NCBI GenBank assembly: GCA_966211265.1
Contig: CBIHNM010000001.1
Span: 1 to 49,627, forward strand
Length of the DNA: 49,627 bases
From: an uncultured Pseudonocardia sp.
GTDB taxonomy: Bacteria; Actinomycetota; Actinomycetes; Mycobacteriales; Pseudonocardiaceae
Direction of reading: 5' to 3'
The translations under genes and the position numbers were made by a program. How positions within the stretch are numbered: the stretch's first letter is position 1; each line of letters starts with the position of its first letter. The notes under the pieces are model-generated. The model worked only from the letters and a program-made list of their open reading frames with translations, was not told the origin of the DNA and did no database searches. Positions 1 through 9,339 of this stretch are shown in pieces.

Positions 1-377
1 GTGCGGCCCTCCTTGAGCAGGTCGCGGATCTGGGTCAGCAGCTCGACGTCGGTCGGCTCGGCCGGCCCGGCCTCCTCGCCGCGGCGCCGGCGCTCCTGCA
101 GGGCCTTCAACGGGTAGACGACCAGGAAGTACACCACCGCCGCGGTGATCACGAAGGTGATCACCTGGTTGGCGAAGCTCGCGTAGTCGAACACCACGCC
201 GTCGACCACGAACGTCCCGGCCAGCTCGCCGCCGCCGGAGAGCAGCTGGATCAGCGGCTTGAGGAACGCGGTCGTGAACGCCGTGACGACCGCGGTGAAC
301 GCGGCCCCGATCACCACCGCCACCGCGAGGTCCACGACGTTGCCGCGCATCAGGAAGTCCTTGAAGCCCTTGAGCAT
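1..377 (-). CDS. mscL: Large-conductance mechanosensitive channel (3' end runs off the window)
   Basis: Manual translation from ATG 377 gives MLKGFKDFLMRGNVVDLAVAVVIGAAF...EPTDVELLTQIRDLL, the MscL N- and C-terminal signatures; not in the ORF track. Confidence 0.95.
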   Translation of the reverse strand, partial: MLKGFKDFLMRGNVVDLAVAVVIGAAFTAVVTAFTTAFLKPLIQLLSGGGELAGTFVVDGVVFDYASFANQVITFVITAAVVYFLVVYPLKALQERRRRGEEAGPAEPTDVELLTQIRDLLKEGR

Positions 378-520
378 CCCCGGGTCCTCTCGTCGGCTGG
401 TCACCGGGCGGGCGGGCGTCGTGGAGATCCCCGCCACCGCGGCCGGGAGGAGGATCGCACCGGATCCGGTCGCGGCGCGACCCACCGCGCCGATCCGTGA
501 CCCGCCCGTGGCCCCGGCCC

Positions 521-1615
521 TCAGCGGCGGCCCCGGCGCACCGCCGCGGCCAGCTCGTCGAGCAGCTCCGCGGTGGTCTCCCAGGACATGCACGCGTCGG
601 TCACCGAACGTCCGTGGTCGAGGTCCGGGCCCAGCTCCTGGCGTCCGGGCAGCAGGAAGCTCTCCATCATCACCCCGGTCACGCCGCGCTCGCCGCCGGC
701 GATCCGCTCCGCGATCTCGCGGACGACCTCGGCCTGGCGGAGGTGGTCCTTGCCGCTGTTGCCGTGGCTGGCGTCGACGACCACCCGCTCCGGGAGCCCG
801 GCCGCGCGCAGCCGCGCCGCCGCCGCGGCGACGTCGGCCGCGGAGTGGTTGGGCCGCTCGCCGCCGCGCAGGATGACGTGCGCGTCCGGGTTGCCGGTCG
901 TGGTGACCAGGGCGGCCAGGCCGTCGGCGTTGACGCCCATGAACACGTGCGACGCCGCCGCGGCGCGGATCCCGTCCACGGCCGCCCCGACGTCGCCGTC
1001 GGTGCCGTTCTTGATCCCGACCGGCATGGACAGCCCACTCACGAGCTGGCGGTGCACCTGGCTGGCCGCGGTGCGCGCACCGATCGAACCCCAGGTGACG
1101 GTGTCGGCGATGAACTGCGGCGTGATCGGGTCGAGGAACTCGCAGCCCACCGCGAGGCCGAGTGCGGAGATGTCGAGCAGCAGCCGGCGCGCGGTGCGCA
1201 GGCCGCGGTTCACGTCGAACGTGCCGTCCAGGCCGGGGTCGTTGATCAGCCCCTTCCACCCGACGGTGGTGCGCGGCTTCTCGAAGTAGGTGCGCATCAC
1301 CACGCACAGCTCGTCGCCCACGGTCCGGGCGTGCGCGGCCAGGCGGTGGGCGTAGTCCAGTGCCGCGTCGGGGTCGTGCACCGAGCAGGGGCCGACGACG
1401 ACCAGCAGCCGGTCGTCGTCACCGTCGAGCACGCGCGTGACCTCCGCGCGCCCGCGGGCCACCGTCTCCGCGGCCGGGGGCTCGCAGGGCAGCTCCTGGC
1501 GCAGCAGCGCAGGGGAGAGCAAGGGGCTGACGCGGTCGATCCGCCGGTCGTTGAGCGCGCGGTGATCGAGTGCGCGGTCGTTCGGGGACTGGGTGTCCAG
1601 CATGGACGGGGACAT
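521..1615 (-). CDS. aroG: 3-deoxy-D-arabino-heptulosonate 7-phosphate synthase, class I-alpha (AroF/G/H-like)
   Basis: GPCSVHD, RTYFEKPRTTVGWKGL, IGARTAASQVHR, DASHGNS and SVTDAC motifs; start set at MSPSML (1615) behind GGAGAGG. Confidence 0.93.
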   Translation of the reverse strand: MSPSMLDTQSPNDRALDHRALNDRRIDRVSPLLSPALLRQELPCEPPAAETVARGRAEVTRVLDGDDDRLLVVVGPCSVHDPDAALDYAHRLAAHARTVGDELCVVMRTYFEKPRTTVGWKGLINDPGLDGTFDVNRGLRTARRLLLDISALGLAVGCEFLDPITPQFIADTVTWGSIGARTAASQVHRQLVSGLSMPVGIKNGTDGDVGAAVDGIRAAAASHVFMGVNADGLAALVTTTGNPDAHVILRGGERPNHSAADVAAAAARLRAAGLPERVVVDASHGNSGKDHLRQAEVVREIAERIAGGERGVTGVMMESFLLPGRQELGPDLDHGRSVTDACMSWETTAELLDELAAAVRRGRR

Positions 1616-1654
1616 CGGGTGGGTCCTCTCCCGGACCGCCCGGATCACCTCGCC

Positions 1655-1737
1655 CGAGCCGGCCCGTGGGTTCCGGCTCGTGGGGATGGGGTCAGCGCAG
1701 CGGCACGGCGCGCTCCGACCCATCCCGGGCCGGCTCG
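1655..1737 (-). promoter_or_regulatory. Putative attenuator with alternative helices
   Basis: 1655-1666 pairs perfectly with 1726-1737 (12 bp), or 1655-1662 pairs with 1673-1680 (8 bp); 1683-1690 pairs with 1719-1726. Confidence 0.6.
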
Positions 1738-1760
1738 CCAAACCAGTACGCACGCTGCAC
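1692..1760 (-). CDS. Putative leader peptide (M)QRAYWFGEPARDGSERAVPLR; alternative in-frame ATG at 1772
   Basis: TAC TGG TTT at 1748-1740; TATGAT hexamer (1773-1768) lies 7 nt before GTG 1760; stop is 76 nt upstream of the DAHP synthase start. Confidence 0.65.
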   Translation of the reverse strand: MQRAYWFGEPARDGSERAVPLR

Positions 1761-1876
1761 GTCCACGATCATAACCCGACGGCGTGCGCGGCACACGGGG
1801 TGGACGGTCGCCCGGCCGTCCGGGGGAGCGGCGCGCGCCCGACGCGTGCCCGGTCGGGGAGGGTAGAAACGGGCGC

Positions 1877-2665
1877 ATGCGGATCGCACTGGCCCAGATC
1901 TCGTCCACCCCGGACCCGCAGGAGAACCTCGCCGAGCTGGCGGAGCAGACCCGTGGCGCGGCCCGGGACGGTGCCCGGCTCGTGGTGTTCCCGGAGGCGA
2001 CGATGTGCTGCTTCGGGGTGAAGCTGGGGCCGGTCGCCGAGCCGCTCGACGGGCCGTGGGCCACCGGTGTCCGCGAGGTCGCGGCCGCGGCGGGGGTGAC
2101 GGTGGTGGCCGGGATGTTCACCCCGTCCGGTGACGGCCGGGTGCGCAACACGCTGCTGGCCACCGGGGGTGGCGTGGAGGCGCACTACGACAAGATCCAC
2201 ATGTTCGACGCGTTCGGGTTCGCCGAGTCCGCCACCGTCGCGCCCGGCGAGGTCCCGGTCGCGATCGAGGTCGACGGCACCACGGTCGGGCTCACCACCT
2301 GCTACGACGTCCGGTTCCCCGGCCTCTACCAACGCCTCGCCGACCACGGTGCGACGGTGATCCTGGTGCCGGCGTCCTGGGGTGCGGGGGAGGGCAAGCG
2401 CGAGCAGTGGGAGCTGCTCGTGCGGGCCCGCGCGCTCGACACCGGCTCGTTCGTCGTGGCCTGCGACCAGGCCGACCCGACGACGCGGGGCGGCGAGCAC
2501 GGCAGGGCCCCGACCGGCATCGGGGCGAGCCTGGTGGCCGGGCCGCACGGCGAGGTCGTCGCCGGCCTGGATGCCGAGCCCGGGAGGCTCGTCGTCGACG
2601 TCGCCCCCGGGCACGCCGAGACGGTGCGCGAGCAGATCCCGGTGCTGGCGAACCGGCGCTTCTGA
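1877..2665 (+). CDS. Carbon-nitrogen hydrolase (nitrilase superfamily, Nit1-like)
   Basis: VFPEA, YDKIHMFD and CYDVRFP carry the Glu-Lys-Cys triad. Confidence 0.92.
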   Translation: MRIALAQISSTPDPQENLAELAEQTRGAARDGARLVVFPEATMCCFGVKLGPVAEPLDGPWATGVREVAAAAGVTVVAGMFTPSGDGRVRNTLLATGGGVEAHYDKIHMFDAFGFAESATVAPGEVPVAIEVDGTTVGLTTCYDVRFPGLYQRLADHGATVILVPASWGAGEGKREQWELLVRARALDTGSFVVACDQADPTTRGGEHGRAPTGIGASLVAGPHGEVVAGLDAEPGRLVVDVAPGHAETVREQIPVLANRRF

Positions 2666-2674
2666 CCGGGCGGA

Positions 2675-2971
2675 TCAGCCGCCGGCGGCGGAGACCCGCT
2701 CGGAGATCTTCCCGGCGAGGTCGGTGTCCTTCGCGGTCAGCCCGCCCTCGGAGTGGGTGGACAACCGGAACGTCAGCGTGTTGTAGCGGATGTCGATGTC
2801 GGGGTGGTGCTGGGCGGACTCGGCGTCCTCGGCGACCCGGTCCACCACGCCGATCGCGGAGACGAAGTCGGGCAGCTGCGCGGTGCGCACGATCGAGTCC
2901 CCGTCCCGGTCCCAGCCGGGAAGGTCCTGCAGGGCGGTGCGGACGGCGTCGTCATCGAGAAGTGCGGCCAT
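2675..2971 (-). CDS. Pterin-4-alpha-carbinolamine dehydratase
   Basis: HHPDIDIRYN and STHSEGGLT..D motifs. Confidence 0.9.
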   Translation of the reverse strand: MAALLDDDAVRTALQDLPGWDRDGDSIVRTAQLPDFVSAIGVVDRVAEDAESAQHHPDIDIRYNTLTFRLSTHSEGGLTAKDTDLAGKISERVSAAGG

Positions 2972-3023
2972 GGGCGTCATCGTGGCGCATCCGCCGGGCC
3001 CGCGCAGCACGCCGCCGGCCGGG

Positions 3024-3812
3024 TCAGGCGTCGCGGCGCGCGAGCAGCCAGATCGTCAGGCCGCCCCCGAGGACGGCGTAGACGCCGGCCCGCAGCGTGG
3101 TCGAGCCCATCGTGGACCAGTCGATCGGGACCTGGCTCAGCCCGGTCACCGCCCGGCTCCAGTTGCCCGCGGGGAGCAGCGGGAGCACGCGCTCCGGGAG
3201 GAGCACGGTCATCGACGACGTCATCGCCACCACGAGGCCGGCCGCGGTGACGCCGGCCGGGCGCCCGCTCAGGGCCGACAGCGGCAGCAGCAGCATCCCC
3301 AGCCCGGTCAGCTGGCCGGTCATCCACAGCGTGATCGCCAGCTCGCGGCCCAGCGTCGCACCGAAGGAGAACGGTCCCAGGTCCAGCGCCACCAGCCCGG
3401 CGACGAGGGCGACCACCGTCGCGGTCGCGGCACTGAGCGCGGCGACGGCGGCGACCCCGGTCGCCTTGAGCGCCAGCATCCGCCCGAGGCCGACCGGGGC
3501 CAGCGCCAGCGCGTCCAGCGTGCGGTGCGCGCGTTCCGCGGCGAAGGCGTCCGCGGCGACGAGCACGACCGGCACGGCCAGGGTGAACGCGGCGAACTCG
3601 GACGTGCTGATCAGCAGCGTCCACAGCACGACCGATCGCTCGCCCTGCAGCGACGCCAGCCCGATCGCGACCATCAGCGGGACCAGCCCGACCACGCCGA
3701 GTGTGACCCAGGTCCGCGCCCGCGGCACGGTCAGCAGCAGCTCGGAGATCAGCAACCGGCCGAGCGGGGCGGAGGTGGGGCGCCCGACCGACCGGCTCCC
3801 GATCGTGGTCAT
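3024..3812 (-). CDS. ABC-2 type exporter permease
   Basis: About six hydrophobic segments, AAERAHRTL motif, 4-nt overlap with the ATPase gene. Confidence 0.8.
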   Translation of the reverse strand: MTTIGSRSVGRPTSAPLGRLLISELLLTVPRARTWVTLGVVGLVPLMVAIGLASLQGERSVVLWTLLISTSEFAAFTLAVPVVLVAADAFAAERAHRTLDALALAPVGLGRMLALKATGVAAVAALSAATATVVALVAGLVALDLGPFSFGATLGRELAITLWMTGQLTGLGMLLLPLSALSGRPAGVTAAGLVVAMTSSMTVLLPERVLPLLPAGNWSRAVTGLSQVPIDWSTMGSTTLRAGVYAVLGGGLTIWLLARRDA

Positions 3813-4858
3813 CGTGGTCCCTCCGTGAGCCGGGCGAACAGTTCCTCCAGCCGCGCGGCGGGGCGCGCGACCTCGTGCACGGCGACCCCGGCGTGCACCA
3901 GCAAGGCCACCACGTCCGGCGCGGGCGGGCCGGGCGCGACGTGCACCCGCGGTGCCCCGCCGGGCTCGGGGCCGATCTCGGCGTCGATCCCGGCGGCCTG
4001 CAGGGCGTGCACGGCGCGGGCGGTGTCCGGGGTGGCGACCACGAGGGCGCCCGGCCCGGCCTCGAGCAGCGTGCGCAGCTCACCGGCGGCGACCAGGCGT
4101 CCGGACTGCAGCACCGCCACGTGCGAGCAGGTCGCCTCGATCTCGCTGAGCAGGTGCGAGCTGACCACCACCGTCGCGCCCGCGGCGTTCATCTCGGCGA
4201 TGATCCGGCGGACGTCACGGGTGCCGGCCGGGTCCAGCCCGTTGGTCGGCTCGTCGAGCACCACCAGGCGGCGGCGCACCAGCAGCGGGACGGCCAGGCC
4301 GAGGCGTTGCTTCATGCCCAGCGAGTAGTCCCGGTAGCGGCGGTCCGCGGCGTCGGCCAGGCCTACCCGGCGCAGCGTGGCCGCCACGGCGCCCGGGATC
4401 CGCGGGGTGTCGAGCAGCGGCTCGGCGGCCGCGACCCGCGCCAGGTTGGCGCGCCCGCTCAGGTGCGGGTGGAACGCCGGTCCCTCGATCATGGCCCCGA
4501 CGTGCGGCAGCACCTCGTGGGCCAGGTCGGGTACGCGCCGTCCGAGCAGCTCCACCGCCCCCTCGGTCGGGCGGAGCAGACCCAGCAGCATCCGCATCAG
4601 CGTCGTCTTGCCCGAGCCGTTGGGGCCCAGCAGCCCGAGCACGGCACCCATCGGGATGTCCAGGTCCACCCCGTCGACGGCGACGACCGGCCCGAAGGCC
4701 CGGCGCAGTCCGAGCGTGCGGGCGGCGGCCGGACGGGGAACGGTCGATGCCGGAGCCGACGGGGCGGCCGCGTGTCCGGGGGCGGCGCCCGCGTCCCGCC
4801 ACCGTGCGTCGCGGAGTCCCGGGTCCGCGGCGGGGTCGGTCGTGTACACGAGGTTCAT
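3809..4858 (-). CDS. ABC exporter ATP-binding protein
   Basis: Walker A GPNGSGKTT, signature YSLGMKQR, Walker B VVLDEPT; start uncertain. Confidence 0.9.
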   Translation of the reverse strand: MNLVYTTDPAADPGLRDARWRDAGAAPGHAAAPSAPASTVPRPAAARTLGLRRAFGPVVAVDGVDLDIPMGAVLGLLGPNGSGKTTLMRMLLGLLRPTEGAVELLGRRVPDLAHEVLPHVGAMIEGPAFHPHLSGRANLARVAAAEPLLDTPRIPGAVAATLRRVGLADAADRRYRDYSLGMKQRLGLAVPLLVRRRLVVLDEPTNGLDPAGTRDVRRIIAEMNAAGATVVVSSHLLSEIEATCSHVAVLQSGRLVAAGELRTLLEAGPGALVVATPDTARAVHALQAAGIDAEIGPEPGGAPRVHVAPGPPAPDVVALLVHAGVAVHEVARPAARLEELFARLTEGPR

Positions 4859-4947
4859 GCTGACGACCGGTCGCGGTCTGCGGGCCGGTTCGGCGAGATT
4901 GGTGGCAGGTCGCCGGGCCCGCGCCGGCGCTGGCACGATCACCGCCC

Positions 4948-5784
4948 GTGCCGGTGCTGCGTTCCACCTCCACCCTCGACGCACCACGGCGCACGGTCGC
5001 CGGGCTGCTGCGCGACACCGACGCCGCGGCCGAGGCCGCCGCCCGGGTCGGTCTCGAGCTGACGTGTCCGGTGCGGCTGCTGGTGGCCGGCGACGAGGTC
5101 CGGACCGGGCCGGCAGGCCGGCTCGGGCGGGTCGTGTCCTGCCGGACCCGGATCACCCGCGCCGGGGTCGAGGGCCTGTGGTCCGAGCTCTCCCGCGGCC
5201 CGGTCACCGCCCTGCGGCACGCGACGACGCTGACCGGGCCCGGGCCGGGTCCCACCACGGTCACCGACGAGGTGGTCTGGACCGGCCCGCTCGGCGGGGC
5301 CGGCCGGCTCGCCGACCCGGTTCTGGGCCGGCTGGGCCGCCGTCTGCTGGCGGCGCGCCGCGCCGTGCTGGCCGAGCGGGCGGCGGCGCTCGGCCGCGCT
5401 CCGGTGGTGGTCGGGGCGGCGCTGGTGCGCGAGGGCCGGGTGCTGGCCGCGTGCCGCGCCCACCCGCCGGAGCTGGCCGGGCGCTGGGAGCTCGCCGGGG
5501 GTGGCGTGGAGGCGGGGGAGAGCGAGCCCGACGCGCTGCGTCGCGAGTGCGCCGAGGAGCTGGGCACCGACGTCCGGGTCATCGGCAGGCTCGGCACCGA
5601 CCTGCCGATCGGTGCCCGGGTGTTGCGGATCCACCGCGTCGAGCTGGCCCCCGGCGCGCCCGAGCCGCGGGCCCGCGAGCACCGCGAGCTGCGCTGGGTC
5701 GACGCGCCCGGGCTGGCCGCGCTGGGCTGGCTCGACGCCGACCGGGCGCTGGTCGCCGACCTGCGCGAGCTCCTGACCCGCTGA
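4948..5784 (+). CDS. SRPBCC-like domain fused to a MutT-like NUDIX hydrolase
   Basis: NUDIX box GGGVEAGESEPDALRRECAEELG; N-terminal half resembles SRPBCC/cyclase proteins. Confidence 0.8.
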   Translation: MPVLRSTSTLDAPRRTVAGLLRDTDAAAEAAARVGLELTCPVRLLVAGDEVRTGPAGRLGRVVSCRTRITRAGVEGLWSELSRGPVTALRHATTLTGPGPGPTTVTDEVVWTGPLGGAGRLADPVLGRLGRRLLAARRAVLAERAAALGRAPVVVGAALVREGRVLAACRAHPPELAGRWELAGGGVEAGESEPDALRRECAEELGTDVRVIGRLGTDLPIGARVLRIHRVELAPGAPEPRAREHRELRWVDAPGLAALGWLDADRALVADLRELLTR

Positions 5785-5887
5785 CCCGGCCGCTGCGCGC
5801 AGGGCCCGGGCGCGGCGCGCGGTTCCGGACCGGTGATCACCGGGTGTTCGGCGGAACCGGATCGGGGCGGGAGCGGTCCAACCCGGT

Positions 5888-6817
5888 ATGAGCGACATCG
5901 AGAGCGTCGACGAGCGGCTGCGGGCCACGCTGCTGCGCCAGGCCGGGGTGCTCACGCGGGAGCAGGCGCGGGCCGCGGGCCTGTCCTCCGACGCCGTCGA
6001 CCGGCGGCTGGCGACGCGTCGCTGGCACCCGGTGCACCCGCGCGTCTACCGCGACGGCGCGTTCCCCGACACCGAGGTGGCGGGGGTGCGCGCCGCGGTC
6101 GCCTGGGCCGGCGCCGGTGCCGTGCTCAGCGGCACCGCGGCGGCCTGGTGGCAGGGGCTGGTCGCGGACCCGCCCGCCGTCGTCGGGGTGACGGTGCCGC
6201 GGCGCCGCTGCCCGCGCCCCCGGCCGGGGGTGGGGGTGCGCCGGCGCGAGCTCGAGGCCCCCGACACGCGGACCGTGCGCGGGGTGCCGGTCACCGCGCG
6301 GGCGCTGACGGTGCTGGAGACCGCCGTCGAGCTGGGCGGCGACGGGCCGGCGTTCCTGGACCGGGTGCTGGCCGCGAACCGGGTCCCCCTCGGTGACCTG
6401 GCCGCCGCGCACGCCCGCAACCTCGGCGCCCACGGCTCGCCGACCGCGGGCCGGCTGCTCGCCGGCGCGGCGCGACGGGCGGTGGCCTCGGCCGAGCACC
6501 GGCTCTGCGGGTTGCTGCGGGCCGCCGGCGTGGGCGGGTGGTCCCGCGACCACGCCGTCGCCGGGCTGCGGCTGGACCTGGCGTTCCCCACGGCGCGGGT
6601 CACCGTCGAGGTCGTGGACCGGCTGGTGCCGGCCGACCCGGGGCACGCCGCCGAGGCCCGCTGGCGGCGCGCGGTGCTGCGCCGGCAGGGCTGGCGGATG
6701 CTGGTCGTGGACCCGGGCGAGCTGCTCGCCCACCCGGCGGGGGTGCTGGCCGCGATCCTGCGCGCGGTGTCCGACGGCCCGACCGCCCCGGCGGGCGCGG
6801 CGCGGGCCGCGGGGTGA
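5888..6817 (+). CDS. AbiEi-like N-terminal wHTH / DUF559-like protein
   Basis: QAGVLTREQARAAGLS...WHPVHPRVY N-terminus; LDLAFP...RRQGWRML C-terminus. Confidence 0.8.
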   Translation: MSDIESVDERLRATLLRQAGVLTREQARAAGLSSDAVDRRLATRRWHPVHPRVYRDGAFPDTEVAGVRAAVAWAGAGAVLSGTAAAWWQGLVADPPAVVGVTVPRRRCPRPRPGVGVRRRELEAPDTRTVRGVPVTARALTVLETAVELGGDGPAFLDRVLAANRVPLGDLAAAHARNLGAHGSPTAGRLLAGAARRAVASAEHRLCGLLRAAGVGGWSRDHAVAGLRLDLAFPTARVTVEVVDRLVPADPGHAAEARWRRAVLRRQGWRMLVVDPGELLAHPAGVLAAILRAVSDGPTAPAGAARAAG

Positions 6818-7109
6818 CCCCGCGAGCCCCGGCACGGTGGCGCCCGGCCGTGCCGCACGGGGCGTGAAACGGGGGTGAGAACGGGACCTGAGCGCTATCC
6901 GACAGTGTGATCCTGGTCATGTCCGAGGCACACCGGCGGTGACGCGGCGCACGATGCGAGGACGCCGCGGACATCGTCGCGTGCGGCGGCGATGGCGGCC
7001 GCCCCGGATGCGCTCCGGGCGGGCGCCGCCGACCGGGCCGACCCGTCGCGAGTTGCCCGCCGGGGCGACATCGGTGCAGGTCGGGGCGCGGAGCGGCGGA
7101 GCGCGCGGC

Positions 7110-7259
7110 TCAGTAGATCCGCGCGGCCTTGACCGCCCGGGTGAGCTCCTTACCGGTGAGCCCCTTGCTGTCGATCTTCTTCAGGCGCAGCGCCACGACC
7201 GGACAGTTCTTGCATCGCTTCGGCTTGGACCGGCAGCACTTCGTCTTCACCTTGCCCAT
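7110..7259 (-). CDS. 49-aa basic Cys-rich protein (CC-x6-C-x2-C)
   Basis: Manual translation MGKVKTKCCRSKPKRCKNCPVVALRLKKIDSKGLTGKELTRAVKAARIY*; nearly all third positions G/C; TAGGCT hexamer 8 nt before the ATG. Confidence 0.8.
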   Translation of the reverse strand: MGKVKTKCCRSKPKRCKNCPVVALRLKKIDSKGLTGKELTRAVKAARIY

Positions 7260-7260
7260 C

Positions 7261-7279
7261 AGAGGTCAGCCTAAGCTCA
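7261..7279. promoter_or_regulatory. IdeR/DtxR/DmdR-like iron box
   Basis: Minus strand TGAGCTTAGGCTGACCTCT matches TTAGGTTAGGCTAACCTAA at 14/19 and overlaps the -10 of the small ORF. Confidence 0.55.
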
Positions 7280-7321
7280 CCGCAGCGCGGAGTCCATGGT
7301 TGCGCCGGGATACCGTGTGGT

Positions 7322-9274
<1,953 letters not shown>

Positions 9275-9339
9275 GGCTCGTCGCGGTGGGGCACGCGCCC
9301 GGGGCGGGCCGGGCCGAGCGCCGAGGGGATACTGGCGGG

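Noticed and set aside
1540..1585. NDRAL/DHRAL/NDRRI repeat at the DAHP synthase N-terminus
   Set aside because: Short imperfect duplication in a variable terminus with no sign of function
6919..6942. Tiny ORF MSEAHRR
   Set aside because: No RBS, no informative codons and no downstream gene on that strand to regulate
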